Positions 45,768 through 55,423 of a stretch of DNA of 64,000 bases are shown one piece after another; the first letter of the stretch is position 1, and each line of letters begins with the position of its first letter. The notes under the pieces were generated by a model. The model was not told the origin of the DNA. It did no database searches and saw only the letters and a program-made list of their open reading frames with translations. The DNA lies in the NCBI GenBank assembly GCA_934162285.1, contig CAKPHY010000005.1, positions 529 to 64,528 of the forward strand, written 5' to 3'. The stretch is from an uncultured Bacilli bacterium. GTDB taxonomy: Bacteria > Bacillota_I > Bacilli_A > RF39 > UBA660. Both the position numbers and the translations under genes were made by a program.

Positions 45768-47536
45768 TTTTCCTCCTTATATTCACTCACGAATTTTTTT
45801 AATTCTAAAGCAACAGAAGTAGGAATTATTTTAGATAATTCTTCAACTGAAGCTTCATTTATTTTGTTAATACTTGTAAATTTTTTCAATAATTCATTTT
45901 TTCTTTTAGGACCAATTCCTTCAATATTATCTAATATACTTGAAATCATTCCTTTACTACGTAATTTTTTATGATAGTTAATAGTGAATTCATGAACTTC
46001 ATCTTGCATACGTTCTAAAAGATAAAAGAGATTACTAGTTTTATCAATTGGGATTTCAACAATAGGATCAAAAGCAAGTAAAGCATTAGTTGTATGTTTA
46101 TTATCTTTTCTTAAACCAACAACTGGAATATTTAAATTTAAACTATTTATTATTTCTCTAGCTGCATGCATTTGATTTATACCACCATCGACTATTATCA
46201 AATCAGGTTTTACTAAATTATCCTTTAATACTCTAAAATAACGGCGATAGATTACTTCTTTCATAGTATTGTAATCGTCATTTTTGTTGAATGTTATTTT
46301 AAACTTCCGATAACCATTTTTATAAGGCATACCATTTTCAAAAACAACCATCCCAGAAACATTAAAATTACCAAAAAGATTAGAGTTATCAAATATTTCA
46401 ATTCGATCTAGTTTATCTAATTTTAAAATATTTTTTAACTCTTCATTAGCAACAATAGTTCTTTCTTCATTTCTTTTAATAAGAGTAAATTCTCTTGTTA
46501 AATTTTCTTTAGCATTAGCATTGGCCATTTTAACAATTTCAGCTTTAGTTCCTTTTTGAGGAATAATTACCTTAACTTCTAAAAATTCTTCTAATAATTT
46601 AGTATCACATATATCAGGAACTAAAATTTCTTTAGGTTTTAAAACGTCACTTTCATAGAATTTAGCAATATATCTATTTAATTCTTCGTTATATTCTTCG
46701 ATAGTTGGAATTATTTTACTATGTTTACCAACAATTTTACCATTTCTCAAGAAAAATACTTGAACACTTAAATATCCTGATTCGAAATAATAACCAAAAA
46801 CATCACGATCTAAAGCGTCACTGATTTCAACTTTTTGATGATCTACTGTTATATTAATATAGTCTAAAAGTTCTTTAAGTTCTTTAGCTTTTTCAAAATT
46901 TAATTTAGAACTAGCTTCTAACATTTCCTCAGTAATTTTTGAAAAAATAGCAGTTGTATCACCTTTTAAAAATTTAATTATTTCAGCACGCATTTCTTTG
47001 ATTTTTTCTTGATCTACATCTTTTTTACAATATCCTAAGCATTCACCAATATAATAATAAAGACAAGGCTTTTTACCCATCGTTTTACATTTTCTTAAAG
47101 GATAAATACGATTTAATAAATTAACAGTATTTCTAGCCGCTGTAACATTAGGATAAGGCCCATATAAACTGGTGTGATTTTTTTTCAAATTTAAATTACG
47201 AACAACTTGTAATTTAGGAACTTTTTCGTTGGTTAATTCGATATAAGGATAACTTTTATCATCACGAAGTAAAATATTGTATTTAGGATCATATTTTTTA
47301 ATTAAATTTAACTCTAAAATTAAAGATTCTTTTTCACTACCAACAACAACATAATCAAAATCGACGATTTCACTTACTAATTTAGCTGTTTTACCGGTAT
47401 GTTTACCACGAAAATAAGAACTAAGACGATTTTTTAATTTCTTAGCTTTACCAACATATATTATTACACCATCTTTATTTTTCATTTGATAGCATCCTGG
47501 TAAATTAGGTACCAAATGTAATTTTTCTTTTATCAT
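45764..47536 (-). CDS. uvrC: Excinuclease ABC subunit C
   Basis: A GIY-YIG N-terminus (PGCYQMKNKDGVIIYVGKAKKLKNRLSSYF), a Cys cluster, the UvrBC region and a C-terminal HhH are present. Confidence 0.95.
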   Translation of the reverse strand: MIKEKLHLVPNLPGCYQMKNKDGVIIYVGKAKKLKNRLSSYFRGKHTGKTAKLVSEIVDFDYVVVGSEKESLILELNLIKKYDPKYNILLRDDKSYPYIELTNEKVPKLQVVRNLNLKKNHTSLYGPYPNVTAARNTVNLLNRIYPLRKCKTMGKKPCLYYYIGECLGYCKKDVDQEKIKEMRAEIIKFLKGDTTAIFSKITEEMLEASSKLNFEKAKELKELLDYINITVDHQKVEISDALDRDVFGYYFESGYLSVQVFFLRNGKIVGKHSKIIPTIEEYNEELNRYIAKFYESDVLKPKEILVPDICDTKLLEEFLEVKVIIPQKGTKAEIVKMANANAKENLTREFTLIKRNEERTIVANEELKNILKLDKLDRIEIFDNSNLFGNFNVSGMVVFENGMPYKNGYRKFKITFNKNDDYNTMKEVIYRRYFRVLKDNLVKPDLIIVDGGINQMHAAREIINSLNLNIPVVGLRKDNKHTTNALLAFDPIVEIPIDKTSNLFYLLERMQDEVHEFTINYHKKLRSKGMISSILDNIEGIGPKRKNELLKKFTSINKINEASVEELSKIIPTSVALELKKFVSEYKEEK

Positions 47537-47598
47537 ACTTTATCCCCTATTTGTTATTATAACAAAAAAAACTTAAAAAAACTATTCAAACGAATAGT

Positions 47599-49344
47599 TT
47601 ATTTTAAAATAGCCTTTATTCTTCTTACACCAGCACTGCTTGCTTCTTCTTTAATAATTTTAAATTCACCTAATTCTCTAGTGTTTTTAACATGAGGTCC
47701 ACCACATAATTCACGTGAAACATCACCGATTGTATATACAGTTACAATATCAGGATATTTTTCTATAAACATACATTCAGCCCCACTAGCTATAGCTTGT
47801 TCTTTTGACATAGAAGTTACAGTTACATCTAAACCAGCCTTAATATAACTATTAACTAAATCTTCGGCAGCCTTAATTTCTTCAGGACTAAGTTTATGAT
47901 CACATGAGAAATCAAAGCGCATTCTTTCATCAGTTATGTTAGATCCTCTTTGGTGAACATTTTTATCAATAACTTGTTTTAAAGCAGCATTTAATAAATG
48001 CGTTGCAGTATGATAACGAGTTTCTATTTCATCGTTACCAGCTAAACCACCCTTAAATTTACCAGCTGATGCAGTACGTGATAATTCTTGATGAGCTTTA
48101 AATTTATCTTTAAAACCTTGAACATCGACTGTTATACCTTGTTCTTTAGCAAGTTCAACGGTTAATTCAATTGGGAAACCATAAGTATCATATAATTTAA
48201 ATGCTAAATCTTTATTTAAAGTTTTATCTTCTAAATTATTAACTATTTTGTTAAATTCTTTTAAACCTTTTTCTAAAGTTCTATTAAATTTAATTTTTTC
48301 ATTTTTTAAGACTTCTAAAACAACATCTTTATTAGTTTGTAATTCTGTATAATATTTTTCATATTTAGAAATTATTAATAAAGCAATTTGTTCTTCCCAA
48401 TTAGAATTAATATCGATATTTAATTTTTTAGCATAACGAATAGTTCTTCTAATAAGTCTACGTAAAATATAACCTTGATCAGTATTAGAAGGTTTAATTC
48501 CTGCTGGATCGGCAGCTATAAAAACTGAGGTTCTTAAGTGATCGGCTATAATACGCATTTCTCTTTCATTACCTTCATATGGTAATTTAGCAATATCAGA
48601 AATTAAAGCTATAACATCTTTCCATAAAGATGAAGCATAATTATCGGTTACACCTTCTAATATAGCTGTAACTCTTTCAACACCCATTCCTGTATCAACA
48701 TTCTTCTTTGGTAATTCAGAAATTCCTTCTTTACTTTTATTGTATTGCATAAAGACATTATTCCAAATTTCAACCCATCTTTCATCTTCAGGATCAAAAT
48801 GTTCAGGAATTGGGTCATTACTTCTAAAATAGAAAATTTCCGTATCTGGCCCACATGGTCCATATTCGCCAGCAATCCAGAAGTTATCATCGCGAGTTTT
48901 AGCAATTCTCTCTTCCTTTATTCCCATGCTTTTCCACATTTCAAAAGCTACTTTATCTTCAGGAATATCATTATTACCAGCAAAAATAGTAACACCAAGT
49001 CTTTCAACTGGAATATTTAAAACTTTAGTTAAAAACTCAAAACTCCAAGTAATGGCTTCCTTTTTAAAATAATCTCCTAAACTCCAGTTACCTAACATTT
49101 CAAAAAATGTATGATGATAAGTATCACCAATATTATCTAAATCATTAGTTCTTAAACACTTTTGGTAATCGCATAATCTTGTTCCATATGGATGTGGTTC
49201 CCCCATCAAATAAGGAATTAATGGTTGCATTCCGGCAGTATTAAACAAAACTGACGGATCATTTTCAGGCACTAAAGGTGCTGATGGAATTTGCACATGT
49301 CCTTTACTTACAAAAAAATTAATATATAAATCTTTAAGATTCAT
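47599..49344 (-). CDS. alaS: Alanine--tRNA ligase, unusually short form (581 aa, no C-Ala domain)
   Basis: Class IIc motifs are present (FNTAGMQP, HHTFFEMLGNWSLGDYFK, DTGMGVERV), as are the editing-domain HxxxH (HTATHLLN) and CGGPH. The protein ends right after the editing domain. Confidence 0.8.
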   Translation of the reverse strand: MNLKDLYINFFVSKGHVQIPSAPLVPENDPSVLFNTAGMQPLIPYLMGEPHPYGTRLCDYQKCLRTNDLDNIGDTYHHTFFEMLGNWSLGDYFKKEAITWSFEFLTKVLNIPVERLGVTIFAGNNDIPEDKVAFEMWKSMGIKEERIAKTRDDNFWIAGEYGPCGPDTEIFYFRSNDPIPEHFDPEDERWVEIWNNVFMQYNKSKEGISELPKKNVDTGMGVERVTAILEGVTDNYASSLWKDVIALISDIAKLPYEGNEREMRIIADHLRTSVFIAADPAGIKPSNTDQGYILRRLIRRTIRYAKKLNIDINSNWEEQIALLIISKYEKYYTELQTNKDVVLEVLKNEKIKFNRTLEKGLKEFNKIVNNLEDKTLNKDLAFKLYDTYGFPIELTVELAKEQGITVDVQGFKDKFKAHQELSRTASAGKFKGGLAGNDEIETRYHTATHLLNAALKQVIDKNVHQRGSNITDERMRFDFSCDHKLSPEEIKAAEDLVNSYIKAGLDVTVTSMSKEQAIASGAECMFIEKYPDIVTVYTIGDVSRELCGGPHVKNTRELGEFKIIKEEASSAGVRRIKAILK

Positions 49345-49900
49345 TTTTTTCCACTTCCTCTAATATTTTAAATACTTTTTCTCTTAAATCTTCTAAAGTC
49401 GAATCATTTATTATTTCATAATCATATTTAGAATAATCATCTAAATCAACTTCAGTAAAATGCTTTTTTTGTTCTTCAGTCAAGCCATTATCAAAGTTAG
49501 GTCTAACAACATGAATAGCAATTATTTTTGAAAGTTCTTGCTTTGGTTTATCAACTTCGATCTTAGCTCGCGCATCAGTAATAATTATCGCATCAAAGAA
49601 AAATGAATAAACTTTTATATCACCTATTATTCTATCAACAAAAAAATTATAGTCAATCTTTTTTCTAATAATTTCTGTGCCAAGTTGTTGCAAAAGGCTA
49701 CGAGGTTTTGTTTCTTCAGAGCCATCCCAATTGCTAATAACTTTAGCATATTCTTTTATATAAGAACTATATTGTAAATTAATAGTTTTCTTATTATGAT
49801 TTTCATAATATTCTTTAATAAAACCACCAATAGTATCTTTACCATTACGGGCTTTACCACAAATAATAAATGTATAAGGCTTAGTTTCTTTTATCTCCAT
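49334..49900 (-). CDS. T4 gp1-like deoxynucleoside monophosphate kinase family protein
   Basis: The P-loop FIICGKARNGKDTIGGFI resembles the GxKRSGKDT of dNMP kinases. The ATG at 49900 follows an AGGAGG RBS; the track start is a GTG 27 nt upstream. The 3' end overlaps alaS by 11 nt. Confidence 0.55.
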   Translation of the reverse strand: MEIKETKPYTFIICGKARNGKDTIGGFIKEYYENHNKKTINLQYSSYIKEYAKVISNWDGSEETKPRSLLQQLGTEIIRKKIDYNFFVDRIIGDIKVYSFFFDAIIITDARAKIEVDKPKQELSKIIAIHVVRPNFDNGLTEEQKKHFTEVDLDDYSKYDYEIINDSTLEDLREKVFKILEEVEKNES

Positions 49901-49912
49901 ATTTCCTCCTAT

Positions 49913-49937
49913 AAAATAGAAAACCACTTACGTGGTT
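49913..49937 (-). terminator. Weak terminator after the AI-2E transporter gene
   Basis: On the minus strand, AACCAC-gtaa-GTGGTT is followed by TTCTATTTT. Confidence 0.4.
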
Positions 49938-51075
49938 AATTATTATACTTTATTAATTGATATTTGTCATTAAAGAAATTGAATAAAGCTTTCAAAGTTG
50001 CAACAATTGGTGTTGATAAAACCATTCCCAAAACGCCCCAAAAATAACCAAATACCAACAATGATACCATAACAGTTACAGGACTAAGTTTCATAGTGCG
50101 ACTCATAACAATTGGTTGTAATAGATTTCCTTCAATTCCTTGAACAATTAAAATTACAATTGTTACAGCAATACCAATACCTGTTCCTTGAGAAAAGGCA
50201 ACGATCATTGCTGGTGCTGCTCCAATATAAGGTCCAATATAAGGAATTATATTAGTTATACCACAGAAAACAGCAAACAAAATAGCTCCTTTTAAGTCGG
50301 CAATTGAAAAACCAATAAAGCATAGAACAACTACAAGAGTAGCTAAAGCTAATGTACCATTAACAAATGTTCTAAAAATTGAGTTAATTTCATTCAATAA
50401 TAATTCAACATCAAATTGATATTTCTTTGGTAAAATCTTGATTAAACTATGTTCAGGATTGTTTTTTCTAAAAAGTAAGAAAACTCCAACGATTAAACCT
50501 ATTAAGAAAGTTCCGACACCAGATATAATCGAACTACCAATGCTAATTAAAGTATTAGGTAAATTTTCTGTAAAGGTTGATAAAGCTTTTTCAATTTTTA
50601 CAAATAAATTACTTTTAGCAACATCGAAGTCGATACCTGCTATACCATCTAATTTATCAAATAAACCATTAACAGTATCTTGAACTTTAGCAGAAATAGT
50701 TGGGAATGACTTAGCAAATTCACTAACTTGTTCATATAAAATAGGAATTATTGCAGCTACCAACAAATACAATAAAGAAATTAAAACAACATAAATTGCT
50801 AATATTGATAAACCTCTTCGTACTTTCTTGGTTTCTAAATAGTTTACTAAAGGTTTAAACAACCAATAAACAACAAAACCTATAAAAACTGGAGTTAAAA
50901 TCTTTAAAATTGAACCTATGAATTCCATTATTTTCCATTTTTCAATAATTAAAGTAATCCCATAAATACCTAATATTATTATAAGTAAATAAAATATTTT
51001 TAAAATTTTACTAGATAATGAAACTACTTCATTTACTTTTTTGTAATTAATTTCATTTTTTTCTTTATCACTCAT
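49936..51075 (-). CDS. AI-2E family (PerM/UPF0118) transporter
   Basis: The protein has ~8 TM segments and a conserved-looking C-terminal block NIIPYIGPYIGAAP...LLQPIVMSRTMKLSP. Confidence 0.8.
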   Translation of the reverse strand: MSDKEKNEINYKKVNEVVSLSSKILKIFYLLIIILGIYGITLIIEKWKIMEFIGSILKILTPVFIGFVVYWLFKPLVNYLETKKVRRGLSILAIYVVLISLLYLLVAAIIPILYEQVSEFAKSFPTISAKVQDTVNGLFDKLDGIAGIDFDVAKSNLFVKIEKALSTFTENLPNTLISIGSSIISGVGTFLIGLIVGVFLLFRKNNPEHSLIKILPKKYQFDVELLLNEINSIFRTFVNGTLALATLVVVLCFIGFSIADLKGAILFAVFCGITNIIPYIGPYIGAAPAMIVAFSQGTGIGIAVTIVILIVQGIEGNLLQPIVMSRTMKLSPVTVMVSLLVFGYFWGVLGMVLSTPIVATLKALFNFFNDKYQLIKYNN

Positions 51076-51170
51076 AATTTCACCTTCTATATAATTATAT
51101 CTTAAAATAAAAAGGTTATCAATAAAAAAATATGCAATTAACTTTTTTCTTTAACAATTAAAATATAATA

Positions 51171-51196
51171 AATAAAAAGGAAGTCAACAACTTCCT
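51171..51196 (-). terminator. Terminator ending the ftsY-ylxM-ATPase operon
   Basis: On the minus strand, AGGAAGT-tgttg-ACTTCCT is followed by TTTTTATTTATT. Confidence 0.65.
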
Positions 51197-51218
51197 CATT
51201 TCAATTCTAAATCAAATT

Positions 51219-51998
51219 TTATTTTTTTATTTCTTTATAAACAAATGAATCACCATTTTTAATAAACACCATTTTATATCTTGAACTTTTAATTTTAACT
51301 TGATTTAAAAGTTCATCTTCGTAATCAGTAATACTATCTAAAATGCATTCTTCGCCATATTTACAACAGCGGTTATAAGAAGCACTATATATATTTTCAT
51401 TTTCAAGAGTTGAAGTTTTAATAGTATAAGATAGTGGGCGATCAAAGTCTTCACATAAATAAGTTGTATCAACACGACTAATACTTGTATTACCCAAATA
51501 AAACTCTACATAGTACTCACTACCTTGTTTATAAACATCTTTAATTTCATAAACAACCTTACTTTGATCACAAAACTCATTTTCAATCATTCCTTCAACT
51601 GACGAAAACTTCTTTTTTCCACAATCATCTAAAGTTAAAGTAAAATTCTCGAATTCAACATTGTCTTTAGCAAATACTCTTTCAGCTATTTTTTGAATAG
51701 CAGCGTAATTTTCTAAATTATTATTTTTATTAAGTAAATAATAATAGTTTGCTGCTATTAAAAATTTTGGAGAATTTATTTCATATTTATTAAAAGTATC
51801 AAATTTAATATTTAAACTAGATTCTTTCGTCAAAAAAGCTTCAGTTAATAAAATCAAATCATTTTTTTCTAAAGCTGTTACCTCTTCTTTAGGTTTTTCT
51901 AAAGTAACTGGTCTTATCAAATAATAATAAGACGTCATAACTAAAACAGCAACTAATAAAACAACTATTATTATTTCTCCAAAATTTAATTTTTTCAT
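51219..51998 (-). CDS. Membrane-anchored Cys-rich protein of unknown function, partner of the HerA-like ATPase
   Basis: The ATG at 51998 forms an ATGA overlap with the ATPase stop and follows a GGTGG RBS. The TM is IIIVVLLVAVLVMTSYYYLI. The ~220-aa ectodomain carries 8 Cys (DDCGKKKF...FCDQ, YLCEDF, NRCCKYGEEC). Confidence 0.55.
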   Translation of the reverse strand: MKKLNFGEIIIVVLLVAVLVMTSYYYLIRPVTLEKPKEEVTALEKNDLILLTEAFLTKESSLNIKFDTFNKYEINSPKFLIAANYYYLLNKNNNLENYAAIQKIAERVFAKDNVEFENFTLTLDDCGKKKFSSVEGMIENEFCDQSKVVYEIKDVYKQGSEYYVEFYLGNTSISRVDTTYLCEDFDRPLSYTIKTSTLENENIYSASYNRCCKYGEECILDSITDYEDELLNQVKIKSSRYKMVFIKNGDSFVYKEIKK

Positions 51999-53749
51999 GC
52001 TTGCCACCTATTAACAATATCACAGCTATTACTTGAAGGTGCTGGATTAGGTAGTGGCATTGTAATTATTTGAGGAACTTTAAAAGCCCTACCAAAGGCA
52101 ACACAAGTACCTGGTTGTAAACTTTTTTGTTTTTCTACTATTTCATTATTTATGTTAGGAAGCATTTTCTTAATAAATTCTATATCACGAGGATGACTCA
52201 TTTTAAAGATGAAAAAGTTAGTACATTGTGATATAACTGTTTCTGAAAGTTCAACTGGTCTTTGCGAAATAAGATTATAAATTAATCCATATTTTCTTCC
52301 TTCTTTAGCAATTCTTTCAAAAATATTGTAACCAAGTAAATAAACATCATTATCATTTTGAACATAACGATGAGCTTCTTCTAAGAAAACATTAAAAGGA
52401 ATAGTAGCACGATTTTCTAAATTTTTAGTAAATTCAAATAACATCCTTGAATAGATTTTAGTAATAACTTTAGCTAAAGAATCGTCAACATCTTCTAAAT
52501 TAAAGTTAATTATTTGGGATCTTTTGCCATCTTTTGAAACTAAAGTAGCAATATATTTTTCTAAACCAAAATAGGCACTTGATTTGTAATCAAAAAACCT
52601 AGCATTTTCACTATTAACAATACTATGTAATCTTACTTTTAAAGTAATACCATCACCATATGATTTAGGATTATTTAAAATACCATCAGTTATTAAAGCA
52701 AAATCAAGAGCTTCTTCAATATTTTTTAAAGTGTATGCTTTATTTCCTTTAGGAATATAATTATCGTATTCAGCATTTAAAAACTTCGAAATATAAGTAT
52801 TTAGCAACACTGTTTCTGCAAAATTACCATTAGAATCAATTTCAAAACATTCTCTTAGTTTTCTAGTATAACCAATTCCTTGAACTGCGGCATCGGGATT
52901 AAAATTAACAGTTGAACAAGTATTTAAAATAGAAAAGATATCATTTCTTTTATTCATTGCTGTCTGGTTATTATAAATAATATTAATTAAAGCTCGAGCA
53001 ATCAAATAATCTTTACATTTTGATGCCATTTCTTCTGTTTCAGCAAAGATTTTGACTAAGCGCAATGTTTTTTCAATTATAGGAATCTGAGAATGACTAT
53101 CAGCCCTTAAAAGTAAAGCTAAATCGTCAACAGTTAATAACCATGGTGGAATGCGAAGTTTTTCACCATTAGTAAGTTCATTAGTTGAATAAAATTTAAA
53201 GTGAAAATTAGGATTAATCTTATCAATGTCTTGAAAAGCACTATGATATTCACCATAAGCATCAAATATTAAAAAAATAGCTTTATATGGTGGAAGTTTA
53301 GGATTTTCAAAAACATTTTGTAAAATTCTTGCAACACCATAAGATTTTCCTGATCCGGTATTACCAAAAATAGCCATATGGTTACTAAAAAGGTCATTAA
53401 TTGAGGCAAATATTGGATAATTATTATATAAAGGAGAAGTTCCAACAAAAACATTTTTATTAGTATTTTGACCCATTATAAAAGGAATTTCTTCTTGACT
53501 TATTAAGCGAACTTGAGCATTTAAAAGCGGTTTTCTAATTGTACCACTTACAAAACTATTATTATTAAATTCGCCTAAAAACCTAATTTTAACCAATTGT
53601 TCATCAATATCTTCAATTTCTCCTAATATGCACTTTTCTTGATCTTGAAAAACGACATGCATATTCATAATATTAAAAGATAATGGAACATTCTTATTAA
53701 GTGTCACATGTGCAACATTGTCACTTAAATAGACTATTTTATCAAACAT
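51995..53749 (-). CDS. HerA/FtsK-superfamily P-loop ATPase (DUF87-like) with an N-terminal barrel-like domain
   Basis: Walker A (IFGNTGSGKSYGVARIL) and Walker B (FNVFLEEAHRYV) are present, along with the downstream EGRKYGLIYNLISQRPVELSETVISQCTNFFIFKM, typical of HerA-like ATPases. A GGTGA RBS lies 15 nt after the ylxM stop. Confidence 0.65.
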   Translation of the reverse strand: MFDKIVYLSDNVAHVTLNKNVPLSFNIMNMHVVFQDQEKCILGEIEDIDEQLVKIRFLGEFNNNSFVSGTIRKPLLNAQVRLISQEEIPFIMGQNTNKNVFVGTSPLYNNYPIFASINDLFSNHMAIFGNTGSGKSYGVARILQNVFENPKLPPYKAIFLIFDAYGEYHSAFQDIDKINPNFHFKFYSTNELTNGEKLRIPPWLLTVDDLALLLRADSHSQIPIIEKTLRLVKIFAETEEMASKCKDYLIARALINIIYNNQTAMNKRNDIFSILNTCSTVNFNPDAAVQGIGYTRKLRECFEIDSNGNFAETVLLNTYISKFLNAEYDNYIPKGNKAYTLKNIEEALDFALITDGILNNPKSYGDGITLKVRLHSIVNSENARFFDYKSSAYFGLEKYIATLVSKDGKRSQIINFNLEDVDDSLAKVITKIYSRMLFEFTKNLENRATIPFNVFLEEAHRYVQNDNDVYLLGYNIFERIAKEGRKYGLIYNLISQRPVELSETVISQCTNFFIFKMSHPRDIEFIKKMLPNINNEIVEKQKSLQPGTCVAFGRAFKVPQIITMPLPNPAPSSNSCDIVNRWQA

Positions 53750-53764
53750 ACCCTTTTCACCCTT

Positions 53765-54055
53765 TTATATAAGTTTTTCGATTTTTTCTTTTGTTTTAAT
53801 ATCTAATGATCCAATAATTTTTTTAATCTTTAAACCATTTTTATATAAATTTAATTTTTCTTCATATTCTTCTAATTTTAAAATAGTTAGTTTGATTTGT
53901 TTATTAACAGCACTTCTAGTTACATCGTAATTTTCTGCCATTTCACTCAATGTCAAATTATTAAAATAATAATCTTCGAAATATGCTCTTTGTTTGTCTG
54001 TCAATAAATTTTTATAATAATCATATAACATTGTCATATATATTGTATTTTCCAT
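53765..54055 (-). CDS. ylxM: YlxM/p13-like putative DNA-binding protein (UPF0122)
   Basis: LYDYYKNLLTDKQRAYFEDYYFNNLTLSEMAENYDVTRSAVNKQIK is a sigma-70 region-4-like HTH typical of YlxM. The gene is located downstream of ftsY. Confidence 0.85.
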   Translation of the reverse strand: MENTIYMTMLYDYYKNLLTDKQRAYFEDYYFNNLTLSEMAENYDVTRSAVNKQIKLTILKLEEYEEKLNLYKNGLKIKKIIGSLDIKTKEKIEKLI

Positions 54056-54306
54056 TAAATTAACCTCAATATATTAGGAATTATTAACAATAAACCAAAA
54101 ATTATATATAAAATCGTCATATTTTTTCTTTTATATACAACATGATTACTATATGCCATAAAAAGTAAAACTAATCCCAAAGCAATTTCACGATATTTAG
54201 CAAGTAATGGATTAATAAATGTCAGTACAATAAAGACAATTATTGTAAGCATAAAAATTAATTGAATATTTAAGATTTTCTTAATTTTATTATTCTCTTT
54301 CTTCAT
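54055..54306 (-). CDS. Small membrane protein, unknown
   Basis: The 83-aa product has 2-3 TM segments. It overlaps the ftsY end by 17 nt and the ylxM start by 1 nt. Confidence 0.45.
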   Translation of the reverse strand: MKKENNKIKKILNIQLIFMLTIIVFIVLTFINPLLAKYREIALGLVLLFMAYSNHVVYKRKNMTILYIIFGLLLIIPNILRLI

Positions 54307-55285
54307 CTTTCATCAAACCCTTAAAAACACCATGAATGTATTTTTCAATATCAAATACCTTCAAATCTTCTTTTCTTTCACCTAAACCAACATATTTAAC
54401 TGGTAATCCAACTTCTTCTTTAATAGCTAAAACAATACCACCTTTAGCTGTACCATCTAACTTTGTTAAAACTATACCAGTAATTTTAGTTATTTCTTTA
54501 AAACTCTTTGCTTGAGCAATTCCATTTTGACCAGTTGTCGCATCAATTACTAATAATGTTTCATGAGGCGCACCAGGAATAATATTGCCAATTACCCGAT
54601 TGATTTTGTCTAACTCATGCATCAAATTACTTTTATTTTGAAGTCTACCTGCTGTATCAATTAAAACAACATCAAAATTTTCAGCCTTAGCTTTTCCAAG
54701 ACCATCATAGACAACACTTGCTGGATCAGCGTTTTCTTTTAAAACTACTGGGACATCAATTCTTTCGCCCCACTCTTTTATTTGTTCTACGGCTCCAGCT
54801 CTGAAAGTATCGCCAGCTACCATTAAAACTTTTTTGCCTTTTTCTTTTAAAGAATAAGCAAGTTTGCCAATAGTTGTTGTTTTGCCAACACCGTTAACCC
54901 CAACAAATAAAATTACGGTTGGTCCCTCGGTACTATAATTTATTTTATTGACAATAATATCATTGTTAACATAAATAATAAATAACTCATCAACAACAAT
55001 CTCGTTTAATTCTTCAACATTTGTAATATTTTCACTTTTAACACGGGCTTTTAACTTGTCGATAAATTTCATTACTGTATTTACCCCAACATCGGCCATA
55101 ATTAAAATTTCTTCTAATTCATCAAAATAATTGTCATTTACTTTTTTGTACTTAGTGTTTAACAAAGCTATTTTACTAGATAAATGCTCACTTGTTTTTT
55201 CTAAGCCTTTATCGTATAAATTTACTTCTTCTTTTTCTTCTATTTCTTTCTTTTTAAAATTTTTAAAAAATCCAAAAATCCCCAT
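54290..55285 (-). CDS. ftsY: Signal recognition particle receptor FtsY
   Basis: The NG domain shows GVNGVGKTTTIGKLA, DTAGRLQNK and TKLDGTAKGG. An AGGTGA RBS is present. Confidence 0.95.
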   Translation of the reverse strand: MGIFGFFKNFKKKEIEEKEEVNLYDKGLEKTSEHLSSKIALLNTKYKKVNDNYFDELEEILIMADVGVNTVMKFIDKLKARVKSENITNVEELNEIVVDELFIIYVNNDIIVNKINYSTEGPTVILFVGVNGVGKTTTIGKLAYSLKEKGKKVLMVAGDTFRAGAVEQIKEWGERIDVPVVLKENADPASVVYDGLGKAKAENFDVVLIDTAGRLQNKSNLMHELDKINRVIGNIIPGAPHETLLVIDATTGQNGIAQAKSFKEITKITGIVLTKLDGTAKGGIVLAIKEEVGLPVKYVGLGERKEDLKVFDIEKYIHGVFKGLMKDEERE

Positions 55286-55378
55286 TAAATATCACCTATC
55301 ATATTAATTTTACACTAGATAATCAGAAAATACAAGCGAACTAATTTAAAAAGAAATAAAAAATGAATTTAACTAAAC

Positions 55379-55407
55379 TAGACAACTAAGCTTTTTTAGC
55401 GTATAAT
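55379..55407 (+). promoter_or_regulatory. Sigma-A-type promoter of rnj
   Basis: TAGACA (55379-55384), a 17-nt spacer and TATAAT (55402-55407) lie about 17-35 nt upstream of the start candidates. Confidence 0.5.
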
Positions 55408-55423
55408 TGGTTTATCAAATTTA

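Noticed and set aside
48657-48905. Same-strand alternative-frame ORFs: 82 aa inside alaS, and 53269-53454 (61 aa) inside the HerA-like gene.
   Set aside because: Each lies inside a well-supported longer frame, with no RBS and no recognisable motif.
47599-53749. Prophage or defence-island interpretation, based on the T4-like dNMP kinase and the HerA-like ATPase.
   Set aside because: No integrase, capsid, terminase, tail or lysis genes are present, there are no att-like repeats, and the flanking genes are housekeeping. Only the HerA-like pair is kept as an isolated candidate.
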